DNA of 64,000 nucleotides from Mobula hypostoma (GCF_963921235.1 NW_026948141.1:124001-188000); one strand, 5' to 3'; shown: positions 49,941 to 63,340, counted from the first letter of the stretch. Program-made: numbers and translations. The notes: generated by a model from the sequence alone, not told the origin.

Positions 49941-52900
49941 CTTGCAAACTCACTTTCGAGGACTGGTTACAACTCAGGGTCTCAGTATTATGTTTTTATT
50001 TGCACAGTTTTACATATTGGTCATTTGTCAGTCTTTGTTTATGTATAGTTTTTCATAAATTCCATTTGTATTTCTTTATTTTCTTGTAAGTGCCTGTAAG
50101 AAATGAATCTCAAGCTGGTACGGCACAGGAGGGCGTTCCTGCCTGTGGCCATCGAACGTGCAGCTCCTCCCGTGGAGGGTCAGACACCCTGAGCCAATAG
50201 ACTGGTCCTGGACTTATTTTCCATCCGGCATAGTTTGCATTTTGGTGTTTGATTGTTGGGGTTTTTTGTATTGTTATATTTACGCTCTATTCTTGGTTGG
50301 TGCGGCTGTAACGAAACCAAATTTCCCTTGGGATTAATAAAGTATATCTATCTATCTATCTATATGGTGGCAAATACATACTTTGATATTAAATTTACTT
50401 TGATTATTGAACCATTCCGGTTCCGGTTAAGAACATGTGCAACATCTTCTGGTAGTCAAAAATAAATCCAACTAAAAACAACACTAAAAGTACCTTTTCT
50501 ATGGTAAACTATGTTATATTATCACCGCAAGTAGTGAAGAGGCAATCACTGGTGAGGCGAGTTCGGGAGATGAGGCGAGATGGTGCGTTACAGAATCGTT
50601 GCAGATGCCCGTACATCTGGCCTGGGTGCGAGCTTGGATCACTCTGGGACTGAAAGGAGAAGTCAGGGCCCAGGCAGAGAAGTTCTGATGCTCGTTCAAC
50701 TGGGGGGTGCAAGGTTGGGTTGCTCTGGGCACCAAGCTGATCTGAAGAGCTTGAGAGGCAGTTTCGGGCTCGGCGATGAAATCCGGGCCCAAAGCGAGTC
50801 ACTGGGTGGTGTGGTCTAGGTCCGGTGGCTAGGTCCTACTGGGAGGTATGATACACTGTTTAGGCAATTTAAACACTGGCCAAGATCAGAAGCAAAGAGC
50901 CAATTTTGTTCACTTTCCACAATCTTGACTCCTCTCCCCAGGATTCCATCGTTGGGTCAATTTAAACGCTAGCCCAGTTAGACTGAAAAGACAGGGTGTT
51001 GGTCAGAATGAGAGCCAGTTTTGCTCTTTCTCTGCGATGGTCATCTCCATGGCGCTCAGGCTATGTAAACTGCCCTGCTGCTGTTCTGCATGCCTGTTAA
51101 CATGATTAACTGACATATGAGGCTTTGGGCCTTCTCCAGGCTACTCCAGGGTTCGGATCTGAGCACACAATTTTGGTTCAGAATGCTGTAGTTCGCTTCA
51201 GCTATTTGCGTGATTTGTATTTTTTTCTTTCTCTTGCGCATTGAGTATTGGTCTTAATTTTTCTAATTTTTATTTTTTTCTTTAATTGGGTTCTTCTGGG
51301 TTTCTTGCTTTGCGACAGATTCGATGAAGCACAGTAAAATAAAACACAATATGATAAAGAACATATTAATAAAAAAACACACAATAAATATAAATACATA
51401 AGATAGCTTATATATATAGATTGAATGTATGTCCATAAAGTGACACTAGGCACAGGAGTGTCTGTACATGAGGTGAGTGGCAGGAAATGATAAAGTGGTG
51501 GATCATAGTAAGATGTATGGGCCTGTAGCTGCCTTGACTTATTTGTTCTGTTGGGTTGAAAGGCCTAATGATAGAAATGATTAATTCTAAAACACAAACA
51601 TTCCGAGCTCTGACGTGGATGAGGCTAGGTGTCAATATCTTTCTTATTCACTGTGTAAACACAGGAAATTGTCAGTAATGTAAACAATAAATGAAGCTAC
51701 TTTATTGCTGAAATGGTTTACGGAGCCAGCAGGCATGCTTTCAGTCGTCAGGACCTCCCGACACTGTTGTAACACTAGCCTGCAGGTAGCCACCCTGCTG
51801 CAGTCCTTGAATAGATGACGTCATTGAACAAATAGATTACTTCCAACAATTCCTTCTCTCCTCCGGGGAAGAGGTACCGGAGACTGAAGCTTTTTGCCTC
51901 TGCCATCGGATTTCTGAATGGACAGTGAACCAACCCATGAACACTACCTCACTATTTTGTTCTCTATTTGCACTGCTTATTGTTATATATTTCTTATTGT
52001 AACCTATAGCATTTTTTCTGTACCACACCATACTGCTGCTGCAAAACAGCAGATTTCATGACAAGTGTCCATGATAAAAATCCCAATTCAGATTCTGATT
52101 CATAGAGTGGTAAAGGAGGCTTATTGAGTGCTGGCCTTCACTAGTCAGGGGATTCAGTTGAAGAGCTGGGGGGTAATGTTGCAGCTTTATAAAGCTGGTT
52201 AGACCACACTTGGAATATTGTGTTCAGTTCTGGTTGCTTCATTATTGAAAGGATGCAGAAGCTTTAGAGAGGTGCTGAGGAGCTTTACCAGGATGCTGTC
52301 TTGATTAGAGAGCATGTCTTATGAGGACAGGCTGAGCGAGCTGGGGCTTTTCTTTTTGGAGTGAAGGCGGATGAGGGTTACTTGATAGTGGTGTACAAGA
52401 TGAAATGTGGCATTGATAGAGTGGACAGGCAGTGGAAGTTAAGGGACAACTTTTCTACACAAGCTGTCATATGTATATGGAATGAGCTGTCAGAGGTGGG
52501 TACAGTAACAACTTTTAAATGACAGTTGGACAGGTACATGGTTCTGGGCAAACGGGATTAGTTGGTGATCATTATGATCGGTATGATGCAGTTGGCTGAA
52601 GGGCTTATTTCTATGGTATATAACTCTATGACTCTATAGCGTAGAAACTATCCCAACTCATCTATGTCAACCACTGTGCTCACCCAGCTTGCCCCATTTG
52701 CCGAGATTTGGCCCATATCCCTTCTAACCATGTACTCATCCAAGTTTCTTTTAAGTGCTGTTATTGTATCTGCATCAACCACTTTTTTTAAAGATTAGCT
52801 TTATTTGTCACATATACATCAAAACACAGAGTGAAATGTGTCATTTGTGACAAATTAAATCAGCGAGGATTGTGCTGGGTCAACCCCTGAGCGTCACTTC

Positions 52901-53899
52901 CAGTGCCAACATAGAATGTCCACAACTCCATAACTCTAATCCGTTGGAATATGGGAAGAATCCGGAGCACCTGGAGGAAACCCACATGGGCAGAACGTAC
53001 AAACTCCTTACAAGCAGAGACGGGAATTGAACCCTGATCTTACAGCTGTTATTGTAAGGTGATGCGCTATCGCTACGCTTTTGTGCCACACCATTTCCTT
53101 TGGCAACTCATTCCATGTTCCCACCACACTCTGTGTGAAGAAGGTGCTTCTCTGGTCCCTCTTAAATCTTTCTCCTCTCACATTGAACCGATATCCCCTA
53201 TTTTTTAGTTTCCTTCCCTGAGAAAAAGACTAAGCACGTTCACCCTATCTGTATAGCCCTTGACTTTATAAACCTCCATAGGGTTACATTCCAGTTTCTT
53301 ACACTGCCAGGAATAAAACCTGGGATGGTAGACTGATCCAGTTCCAAGAGACTTGGGTCAAGCACTAGAACTTATACTCCAAATGCTTATTCTCCATGTG
53401 TTTTGCATCAGTGGCTTTGAGATTGAAATCTGTCTTGCCATGATGATTACTTTTTATAGGTACTGTATGTCACCATATACAGTCCTGAGATTCGTTTTCT
53501 TGTGAGTGTACTCAGTAAATACAAAGAAACAGAATAGAATCAATGAAAAGCCCCTCCCAACAAGATGGACAGACACCAATGTGCAAAAGACAACAAACTT
53601 CAAATCAAAAAGAAAAAAAATAATAAATGTGCAATAAATATCAAGAACATGAGATAAAAAGTCATTGGAAGTGAATCCATAGGTTATGGGAACAGTTCAG
53701 TGTTGGGGTGAGTGAAGTTGGGTAAAGATATCCCTCCTGGTTCACAAGCCTGATGGTTGAGGGGTAATAACCATTTGTGAACCTGGTGGTGTGAGTCCTG
53801 AGGCTCCTGTACCTCCTTCCTGATGGCAGCAGCAAGAAGAGAGCATGGTCTGGATGACTTCTATGGATCTCACTGATCTGAAGACAATACCTTCAGAAT

Positions 53900-54488
53900 T
53901 CACACAAAATCAGGGAAATCCTGGAGGAAAACCTGATGTAGTCTGTAAGCGAACTGCAACTTGGAAGGAGATATGTTTTCCAGCAGGACAATGACCCCAA
54001 GTATAAAGCCAAAGCTACACAGGAATGGCTTAAAAATAATAAAGTTAAGGTCCTGGAGTGGCCAAGTCAGAGTCCAGACCTCAATCCAATTGAAAATTTG
54101 TGGCTGGACTTGAAAAGGGCTATTTACTCACAATCCCCAATTCAATCTGACAGAACTTGTGCAGTTTTGTAATGAAGAATTTGGAAAAATTGCAGTGTCC
54201 AGATGTACAAAGCCTACAGAGACCTATCCACACCAACTCAAGGCTGTAATTGCTGCCAAAGGTGCATCTACTAAATACTGACTTGAAGGGAGTGGATACT
54301 TATGCAATCAATAATTTTGTGCTTTTTATTTATAATTAATTACAATCACTTTGTAGGAATCTGTTTTTACTTTTACTGGGAACAGTCTTTTCTGTTGATC
54401 AGTGTCAAAAAAGCCAAATGAAATCCACTGTGATTCAATAAAACAATAAAAAAATTCCAAGGGGGATGAATACTTTTGACAGGCTCTA
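53900..54488 (+). mobile_element. Tc1 transposon 3' remnant with TIR
   Basis: Encodes [38 protein letters not shown]; ends ggggatgaatacttttgacaggctcta followed by TA. Same family as 13879-15320. Confidence 0.88.
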
Positions 54489-54519
54489 TATATATTTCTA
54501 GAATGCCTACAAGAGTTAT

Positions 54520-57230
54520 TCTTTGGAGCATAGAAGGTTGATAGAGGTATTTAAAATTATGAGGGGGATAGATAGAGTTAATGTGGATAGGCTTTTTCCA
54601 TTGAGAATGGGGGAGATTCAAACAAGGGGACATGAGTTGAGAGTTAAAGGGTAAAAGTTTAGGGGTAACATGAGGGGGAACTTCTTTATTCAGAGAGTGG
54701 TAGCTGTGTGGAACGAGATTCCAGCAGAAGTGGTTGAGGCAGGTTCAATATTGTCACTTAAAGTAAAATTGGATAGCTATATGGACAGGAAAGGAATGGA
54801 GGGTTAAGGGTGAGTGCAGGTCGGTGGGACCAGGTGAGAGTAAGAGTTTGGCACAGACTAGAAGGGCCGAGATGGCCTGTTTCCGTGCTGTGATGGTTAT
54901 ATGGTTATATGGTTATAAGATGACTTTTTAAGAGCAGCTCATGTTTCAGCCCACGAGGGGACCAGCCATTCTGGATTGGGTGCTGCACCAGAATTGATTA
55001 GAGAACTTAAGGTAAAAGAACCTTCAGAGGAGAGTGATCATGATATGATCAAATTTACTCTGAAATTAAAGAAGTAGCTAAAGTCAGATGTGTCGGTATT
55101 ATAGTGGATTAAAGGGAATTGCATAGTCATGAGAGAGGAGTTGGCAAAAATTGACTAGAGAAGAACATTGGCAGGGATTATGGCAGACCAGCAATAACTG
55201 GAATTTCTGGAAGCAATTCAGAAGGCACAGGATATGTACATTCCAAAGAGGAAGAAGTATTCTAAGAGCAAGGTGACACAACAGTGACTAACGAGAAGTC
55301 AAAGCCAACATAAAAGCCAAAGAGAGGGCATACAATAGAGCAAAAATTAATGGGAAGTTAGAGGATTGGGAAGCTTTTGAAAAGCAACAGAAGGCAACTA
55401 AAAGTCATTAAGAAGGTAAAGGCGGAATACGGAAGTTATCTAGCCAGTAATATTAAAGGGGTTACCAGAAGTTTCTTCAGATACGTAAAGCATAAAAGAG
55501 AGACGAGAGTGGGTATTGGACTGCTGGAAAATGATATTGAACAGCTAGTAATGGGGGACAAAGAAATTGCAGATGAACTGAATAAGTATTCTGCATCAGT
55601 CTTCACTGTGCAAGACACTAGCAGTATGGTGGAAGTTTCAGGTGTCAAGGGTCATGAAGTGTGTGAAGTTACCATGACTAGAAAAATCCACTTATGGGTT
55701 CTTGGGAAATTAAAGGTCTGAAGGTCGATAAGTCACCTAGACCAGATGGTGTGTACCCCAGAGTTCTGAAAGAAGTGGCTGGAGAGATCATGGAGGAATT
55801 ATTAATGATGTTTCAAGGATCACTAGATTCTGGAATGGTTCTGGAAGACTGGAAAATTGCAAATGTCACCTACTTTTCCAGAAGGGTGAAAGGCAGAAGA
55901 AAGGAAATTATAGGCAGATGGTCTGACCTCGGTGGTTGGGAAGATGTTGGAGTCGATTGTTAAGCATGTGGGGTACTTGGAGGCACATGATAAAATAGGC
56001 CATAGCCATCATGATTTCCCCAGATGAAAATCTTGCCTGATAAATCTGTTAGAATTCTTTGAAGAAATAGCAAGCAGGATAGACAAAGGAGAATCAGTTG
56101 ACGTTGTGTACTTGGATTTTCAGAAGGCCTTTGACAAGGTGCCACACATGAGGATGCATAACAAGCTACGAGCCCATGGTATTACAGGAGAGATCCTGGC
56201 ACGGATAAAGCAGTGGCTGAATGGCAGGAAGCAAAGGGTGAGGATAAAGGGAGCCTTTTTTGGCTGGCTGCTGGTGACTAGTGGTGTTCCACAGGGGTGG
56301 ACCGATTCTTCTTACATTATATTTTAATGTCAAAATTGATGGCTTTGTTGCAAAGTTTGTAGACAATATGAAGATAGATGGAGAAGCAGGTAGATTTGAT
56401 GAAGTAGGACGATTAAGACATATTAAGAGAATGGGCAAAGAAGTGGCAGATGGAATACAGTGTCAAGAAGTATATGTTCATGCACTTTGGTAGAAGAAAT
56501 GAAAGAGTTGACTATTTTCTAAATAGAGAGAAAATATTTTTAAAAACTGAGGCATAAGGAGACTAGGGAGTCCTTATGCACAATTTCCTAAAGGTTAATT
56601 TGCAGGTTGAGTGTATGGTGAGGAAGGCAATTCATTTCAAGAGGACTAGAATATAAAAGCAAGGATGCAATGTTGAGACTTTATAAAGCACTGGTGAGGC
56701 CTCATGTGGATATTGTGAGCAGTTTTGTCCCCCTTATCTTAGAAAGGATGTGCTGAAACTGGAGAGGGCTCAGACAGCTTATCATATGAAGAGCATTTGA
56801 TGGCTGTGTGCTTGTATTCAATAGAATTCAGAAGAATGAGGGGTGACCTAATTGAAACCTATTGAATGGTAAAAGGCCTTGATACAGTGGATGTGGAGAG
56901 GATTTTTCCAACAATGGGAAAGTCGAAGATCAGAGTACACAGCCTCAGAAAAAAGGGGTGTCCTTTTGGAACGGAGATGTGGAGGAATTTCTTTCACAGG
57001 AGAGTGGTGAATCTGTGGAATTCTTTGCCACAGGCAGCTGAGGAGGCCAAGCCTTTCTGTATCTTTAAGGTAGAGGTTATTAGATTCATGATTGGTCATG
57101 GCATGAGGTGATGCGGAGGCAAGGCAGGAGACTGAGGCTGAGACGAAAAATGGATCAACCATGATGAAATGGTGGAATAGACTCAGTGGGCAAATGGCCG
57201 AATTCTGCTCCTGCATCTTATGGTGTTGTT
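54520..57230 (+). mobile_element. CR1 3' end with (ATGGTTAT)n tail (54520-54917), followed by a decayed 2.3-kb CR1 (54918-57230)
   Basis: ORFs 55377-55721, 55694-55963, 56106-56327 and 56866-57111. Confidence 0.88.
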
Positions 57231-58219
57231 GACACATATATGTACTTTGATAATAAATTTACTTAGAACTTTGAGGAATCAGTAGATTTGTTGAGCAGAG
57301 CACATACAATTGGACTTTTGGTTTAACCAAGGTATTATTGAAGCGAATAGTCCTGCGGTTTCTTAAAGGATCTCAACTGCTGAATGAAATAGAAGGCTTT
57401 CTCTCAAACAGCAAGAAAAATTCTTCACTGATCACAACTTTCATGATGTGAACAGTTAACATTGTGTGAATTCAAAAGTTCAAATTAAATTTATAATAGA
57501 AGTATGTATATGTTACCATATACTGACCTGAGAATTATTTTTTTCCAGGAATTTATAGGAAAATAAAGGAATACGATAGAATTTACAAAAAAATACACAA
57601 AGACCAACAAATGACCAATGTGCAAAAGAAAACAAATTATGTAAATAACAATAATACTAAGAACATGAGTTGTAAAGATGTTGTCTGCAGATCAGTGAAA
57701 TTAGAGTGCATAAATACTGAAGCAATCTGCAGTCTATTAATAACAGCTGCCTTAATGGATCGGGTAATGGGTCCTCTTTACTTGAGCACTTCACATTGGT
57801 TGGACTAGGTAATAGTATTTCTCTGGGATTGAAACAGTACTGTGCATTACTTAATGGATGCTGCTGGCTAAAGTGGGGTTTCACAGAAGGAAGATCATTC
57901 GAGAGCGTGTCTGTGAGATTTAGGTATTTTTTAACATCATTTTGAAAGGTGGAATCTGTGAGGGTGTGATCTGGAGTTATGTGAACAGAGCAGATATTAA
58001 TTCAAACAAGAATTAATCTTAAGTTTTTATTGTAAATTGCAGGCAGTAGATAGAATTTAAAGGTACAGGCTGGCTCTCAGTGAAAGAGACCATTATAACA
58101 TTGTGAACATCGTGTAAATTCAGGGAAGTTTGTAACTAGTTTGTCCCAGCCAAGGTATCTGAATGTTCAGAGGTGTATCCCACTGTAGATATACAATGCA
58201 AAGGAAACATTGTCAACCC

Positions 58220-60070
58220 AAAATACAAAGTACAAAGTTCAAAGTAAATTCTATTATCAAAGTAGCTGTATGTCACCATATACAACCCTGAGATTCATAT
58301 TTTTTATGGGCATTGTTGCATGCTTAAGGAGATCTTTTTTTTGTGAGAATGATGTAATGGTCTTTTGGAGGTCACCTGATGTGATTTTCCCACTGATGTG
58401 AGGTCACGTGATGACTTGTGCCCCATGACTATATAAGGGTCAACCTAGGTGACGCGGTTGGTTTTTGAGTTTGTAGATTTCCAGGTAGAACGTGCTGTAT
58501 CTCCATTTCTGTTGTGTGTTTTTGTGACGCAGTTTCATTTTTGAGGTGGTGTGCGTTCTGTTGCGGGATACCATATTTTTTGGACTGGAAATTTTTGCTA
58601 GATGTGTTGATTTCTCAATTCCAACATTAGAAGGGAGAGTAAAGAATTTATCGAAGTTAGTGAATCGAAGGATCTAGGGAAACCGGCATCGTTTGGCAGT
58701 TTAATAAAGGATCGACCTTATTGAGTCTTCGTTGGAGGAGTACCTGCATCGAGATAACTCTTGCCAAAAAGAACAAGGAGTTCATGCAAAAAGGTGCTCT
58801 CTCTCTCTCTCTAAAGGAATTAAAGGTCAGTCGATTTAAGCTGTTTATTTTCGGCATCGTGAATCCTGTGGACAGAACCAGCAGGAAAGTTGCGTCTGTG
58901 AAGAAATCCTTCTCCAGAGAAGTCTCTCCCAATTGAACGTGTAAATCTATTGGACTTTTGAAATTATCACTTTAAGAACTATATCTGACTGTATCGCTTT
59001 AAGAACTGTTTTCGCATTTAACACTTTAAGAACCAGAGCCGAGTGGCGAGTTGGTGAACGGCTGTATATCTGTTAACTTCCGGTTAAAATTTTCGTTTGT
59101 TTTTTTTTCCTTATCGTTTATCCGTGTTTAATAAATGTTTGGTTGTTTTTATATCACCTATCTCGATTGATATTCATTGTTGCCGGTTACGTAACAGCAT
59201 ACTCAGTAAATCTATAGAATAGTAGCTAACAGGATCAATGAAAGATCAACCAGAGTGCAGAAGACAACAAACTGTGTAAATGAAAATATAAATAAATAGC
59301 AATAAATAATGAGAACATGAAAACATGAAATAAAGAGTCCTTAAAAGTGTGATAATTGATTATGGGAACATTTCATTGATGGGGCAAGTGAGTGTAATTG
59401 TCCCCTTTTATTCAACAGCCTGACGGTTGAGGTGTAGTAACTGTCCTTGAACCTGGTGGTGCAGGTCCTGAGGCTCTTGTACCTTTTACCTAATGGCAAC
59501 AGTAAGAAGAGAGCATGACCTGGGAGACAGGGATCTCCAATGATGGATGCTGCTTTCCTACAATAGTGTTTTATGTAGATGTGCTCAGTTATTGGGAGGG
59601 GTTAACCTATGATGTACTGAGTCGAATCCAATACTTTTGTAGGATTTTTCATTCCAAGGCATTGGTGTTTCCATACCAGGCCATGATGCAGCCAGTCAAT
59701 GCACTCTTCCCTACACATCAGTTGAAGTTTGTTAAAGTTTTAGATGTCCTGCTGAATCTCCATAGATGCAAAAGGAAGTAGAGGTGCTGGCTTGCTTTCT
59801 TTGCAATTGGACGTATATGCTGGGTACAGGAGAGGTCCTCTGAAACAGTAACACCCAGGAATTTAATGTTGGTAACCCTCGCCACCTCTGATCCTCTGCT
59901 GAGGACTGGTTCATGGACATCTGGTTTCCAGCTCCTGAAGTCCATAGTCAGTTCCTTGGTCTTGCTGACATTGAGTGAAAGGTTGTTGTTATGACACCAC
60001 TCAGCCAGATTTTCAATCTCCCTCCTGGATGATGATTCATCACCACCTTTGATTCGGCCTGCAACAGTTT
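58220..60070 (-). mobile_element. Rex1/Babar 3' fragment (host of the solo LTR)
   Basis: ORF 59718-60110 (WCHNNNLSLNVSKTKEL..KFLGV). Confidence 0.8.
58314..59196 (+). mobile_element. Solo LTR, 883 bp (Gypsy/ERV type), nested in a Rex1 3' UTR
   Basis: TGTTGC...GTAACA termini; perfect 4-bp TSD gcat (58310-58313 and 59197-59200); TATATAA at ~58430; AATAAA at ~59130; the host Rex1 sequence rejoins across it. Confidence 0.85.
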
Positions 60071-60927
60071 GGGTTGAAGTAAATGATATCATTGTTACTA
60101 TTGAAATCACCTATTGATCTTGAGGGTATGAAAACATGATGTACTTTTAAGTTTGTGGGACTCTACTGGGTATCTCCAGAAGAATACCTGTTTGTGGTGA
60201 TGAATAAAGACTTCTATATCACCAGCTTTAGTCTCTCTCTGGTGACTTTAATCACAATCACAACAGCTGATGCTGATGGAAAGCTTGTTTTTGATTTTTG
60301 GCCTTTGACTGAATTGGTTTCATTTTCAGACTGTTCCAGACAGGAAGGAGATGGTGCTACTGATTGGAGAATGAGTGTCTCTCCACAGAACTTCACTCCC
60401 CACAAGTATAAGTGCTGTTTCCTGCTTTCCACCAATTCCTCATCCTCTCCTCTATTGTATCAGAATCTGAATCAGCCTGGGGGGTTGGGGGGTGATGGGT
60501 GGAGGTGTCAGAGTCAGACACTCCACCAGAGTGCCAGAGGCAGTGCAGTGCAGCTGGAGCCAGTGCTGCCCCATGGTGTTGACTATGTATATTGTCTTCA
60601 ACAGCAGACTGCTGTAGCATGCATGACTCAGGGACTTGCACTATAGACTTTTGTGTGTGACTGTACTTTACTGTTACCTTATTTGTGCCTTGTGCTATGC
60701 ATAACTGTTGGTTCTGTGTTTTGTACCTTGGCCCCAGAGTACCACTGTTTTGTTTGGCTGTATTCATATGTATGGATGAATGACAATTAAACTTGAACTT
60801 GAATCCGATTTATTATCTCTCACATATGTTGTGAAATTTGTTCTTTTGTAACAACAGTACAGTGCAATACATAAAATATACAAATGTACAATAAATTGTA
60901 AGAAATATGTTTAAAGAGAGCAAAAAA

Positions 60928-61538
60928 GGGGGAGAAGATGGCGGCACGACGCAGCTCGCAGCGGCCACTCCGGTGGTGATATCTGTCATCTGTCAAGTAG
61001 GGCGCCGTGCACAATCCTGATTTGATGGAGACAGACGTGAGAGCACGGAGGAACATCTGGTGAAACTTCTGAAATGCCTGCTTCAATGCTACTGCTACTG
61101 TGGTGGTCCAGAATCTCCGGAGGGGAAGGCCCCAAGTCCTCAGCTTTGCTTGTTGCTCGGCGGCCGGGGCGGGGTCGAAGCACTCAGCAGAGATGGTGCT
61201 CGGTGTCGGAGGGCTGGTCGGAGGTTCAAAGTTTTCGGACGGACTCAGAGTCGGCTGCGGTCGGGTGCTTCCACTACATCGGCAAGTTTGCAGCGCTCCC
61301 GTATGCATGAGATGATGGGGCTATCGGGACTTGAGACTTTTTTTTTACCTGCCCATGGTCTGCTCTTTATGAAATTACGGTATTGCTTTGCACTGTTGTA
61401 ACTATATGTTATAATTATGTGGTTTTGTCAGTTTTAGTTTTGGTTTGTCCTGTGTTTTTGTGATATCATTCTGGAGGATATCATTTCTAAATGACAATAA
61501 ACGAGGACTGAATGTCCTCATAATCTAATCTAATCTAA
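60928..61538 (+). mobile_element. GC/CpG-rich non-autonomous retroposon with AAGATGGCG head and (AATCT)n tail, nested in a Rex1 fragment (-, 60810-62195)
   Basis: Begins gggagAAGATGGCGgc and ends gacaataaacg...taatctaatctaatctaa; the host resumes on both sides. Confidence 0.65.
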
Positions 61539-62501
61539 AATATAGCAAGCTGGTGTTTATCGTTTCATAGAGCGTTCAGATATCTGATGGCAGAGGGGAA
61601 GAAGCTGTTCCTAAAATGTTATGCGTGTGACTTCAGGCTCCTGTACCTCTTCTCTGATGGTAGTTAATGAGAAAAGGACATGTCTGGGATGGTGGGGTCC
61701 TTCTAAATGGATGGCACTTTTTTGAGGCACCACCTTTTGAAGATATCCTCGATGATGGGGAGGCCAGTGTCCGTGAAGGAACTCGCTGAGTGTACAGTCC
61801 TCTGCAGCTTTTTCCTATCCTGTGCAGTGGCCTCTCCATACCAGACAATGATGCAACTATTCAGAATGCTCTCCGCCTTACAACTGTAAAAATTTGCTGG
61901 AATCTTTGATGACGTACCAAATCTCCTCAAACTCCTAATGAAATGTAGCCACTGTCTTTTTGGCAATTGCATTAATATGTTGGGCCCTGGATGGATCTAC
62001 AGACATGTTGACGTCCCGGAACTTGAAACTGTTCACCCTTTCCACCACTGACCCCCTTGATGAGAACTGGTGCGTATTCTCTAAACTTCCCCTTCCTGAA
62101 GTCCAGAATCAGTTCCCTAGTCTTAGTGACGTTGACTGCAAGATTATTGTTGCAACACCACTCAACCAGCTGACCCATTTCACTCCTGTACACATTCTAA
62201 GTATAACACACTTGCTTTTATTGTTTGAGTCCAAAGCATTGAGTCTGCGAGTAGGGATGTCAGGTTACGCTTATAGAGAACACTGCAGATTATTAATTTA
62301 TTAATGGGATGTGGGAGTTCCAGGTAAACCAGTATTTATTGCCATTCCTAACTGCTCCTGAGAAAGTGGTGTTGTGCTGTGGCAGTGATCGTGGTGAATC
62401 ACGAAGGGAGAATTCCATTCCACACTAACATTTCAAGGGCTGTTGCTGATACTCAGAAACTGTGAAAGTAATTGCAATTTTGCTCTTTTCTGTGACCTCA
62501 G

Positions 62502-62679
62502 GATTCAAATGCTAACTACAGGAAGGTGGTCAGAAAGCTAATTCCACACTTGAAGTATTTGGATGATATTCCTGTGAGTGAGAGTTGTACTCAGTCTGAC
62601 CATACCGTCAGTGAGGACTGGCTGATTGTGAAGGAAGCAATTAAGGATGGAATCTCTGCCGAGGACCTTGGAAATCTAG
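62502..62679 (+). CDS. LRRC56: LRRC56-like exon (LRR cap), 178 bp, phase 0/1; absent from the ORF track
   Basis: Acceptor tttgctcttttctgtgacctcAG (62500-62501); donor CTAG|GTGTGT at 62680. Translates DSNANYRKVVRKLIPHLKYLDDIPVSESCTQSDHTVSEDWLIVKEAIKDGISAEDLGNL, containing the LRRcap motif YRxxVxxLIPxLxxLD and DWLxVKEAIK. In frame with the exon at 278-475. Confidence 0.9.
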
Positions 62680-62964
62680 GTGTGTGGAATAATTCATGAA
62701 AAACACCACACTTACCCGTGAAATGTGCTCATTAACAGAAAAGGCAGAATCATCTCTCATAACTTGCTAAACACTTGCTCGTGCTGCTAGTATCTGTGGC
62801 AAATGTGGAAATGGATCAGTAAGTTATCAGAGACTAGTTCAACCAAAATGAAATAACTCCCAGCCTTTAACTTAAACCCTCTAAATGTAATAGGGTTTTA
62901 TTTAATATATTTATTAGGAATACCATAAGAAACAAAACACTAATCATCTGGCAAAATTACAAAG

Positions 62965-63340
62965 AAAAATATCTTATGAAGATAGGTTGAGTGACTTATG
63001 GCTTTTCTCTTTGGAGTGAAGGAGGGTGAGAGGTGACTTGATAGAGGTGTACAAGATAAGAGGCATAGATAGAGTGGACAGATGTTTTCCCAGAGTAGAA
63101 GTGGTTAATACAAGGGGGCATTCAATAAAAGTATTGGGGGGGTGTTAGAGGTGTTTTTTTTTTACAGAGTATTGAGTGCATGGAACATCTTGCCAGGGTG
63201 GTGATAGAGGCAAATACATTATAGATAGGCACATGGATGATAGAAAGATGGAGGGACACGTGGAAGGGAAGGTCAGATTGATCTTAGTGTAGGTTAAAGA
63301 GTGCCTCAACATCATGGGCTGAAGGGCCTGTACTGTTCTA
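62965..63340 (+). mobile_element. CR1 3' end in intron 62680-63372
   Basis: gaggtgacttgatagaggtgtacaag...gggctgaagggcctgtactg 3' terminus. Confidence 0.75.

Larger units (their letters stand above)
476..62501 (+). other. 62,026-bp phase-0 intron of the LRRC56-like gene, dominated by TEs
   Basis: GT at 476 and AG at 62500-62501. The flanking exons join in frame into a continuous LRR-to-LRRcap sequence. Confidence 0.8.

Noticed and set aside
60820..61401. CpG-island-like region with several overlapping ORFs
   Set aside because: It lies inside a young non-autonomous retroposon nested in Rex1; not a host promoter or gene.
3580..62304. Long ORFs in the track (e.g. 3580-4164, 17317-17853, 45910-46656, 48472-49284) as host genes or an active retron/RT system
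   Set aside because: All are fragments of CR1 or Rex1 ORF2 broken by stops and frameshifts; no intact autonomous element is present.
476..62501. A nested protein-coding gene or miR-210 within the intron (the human LRRC56 region lies near HRAS and MIR210)
   Set aside because: I found no Ras-like coding exons and no miR-210 mature sequence on either strand by eye. A small nested exon cannot be fully excluded without alignment.
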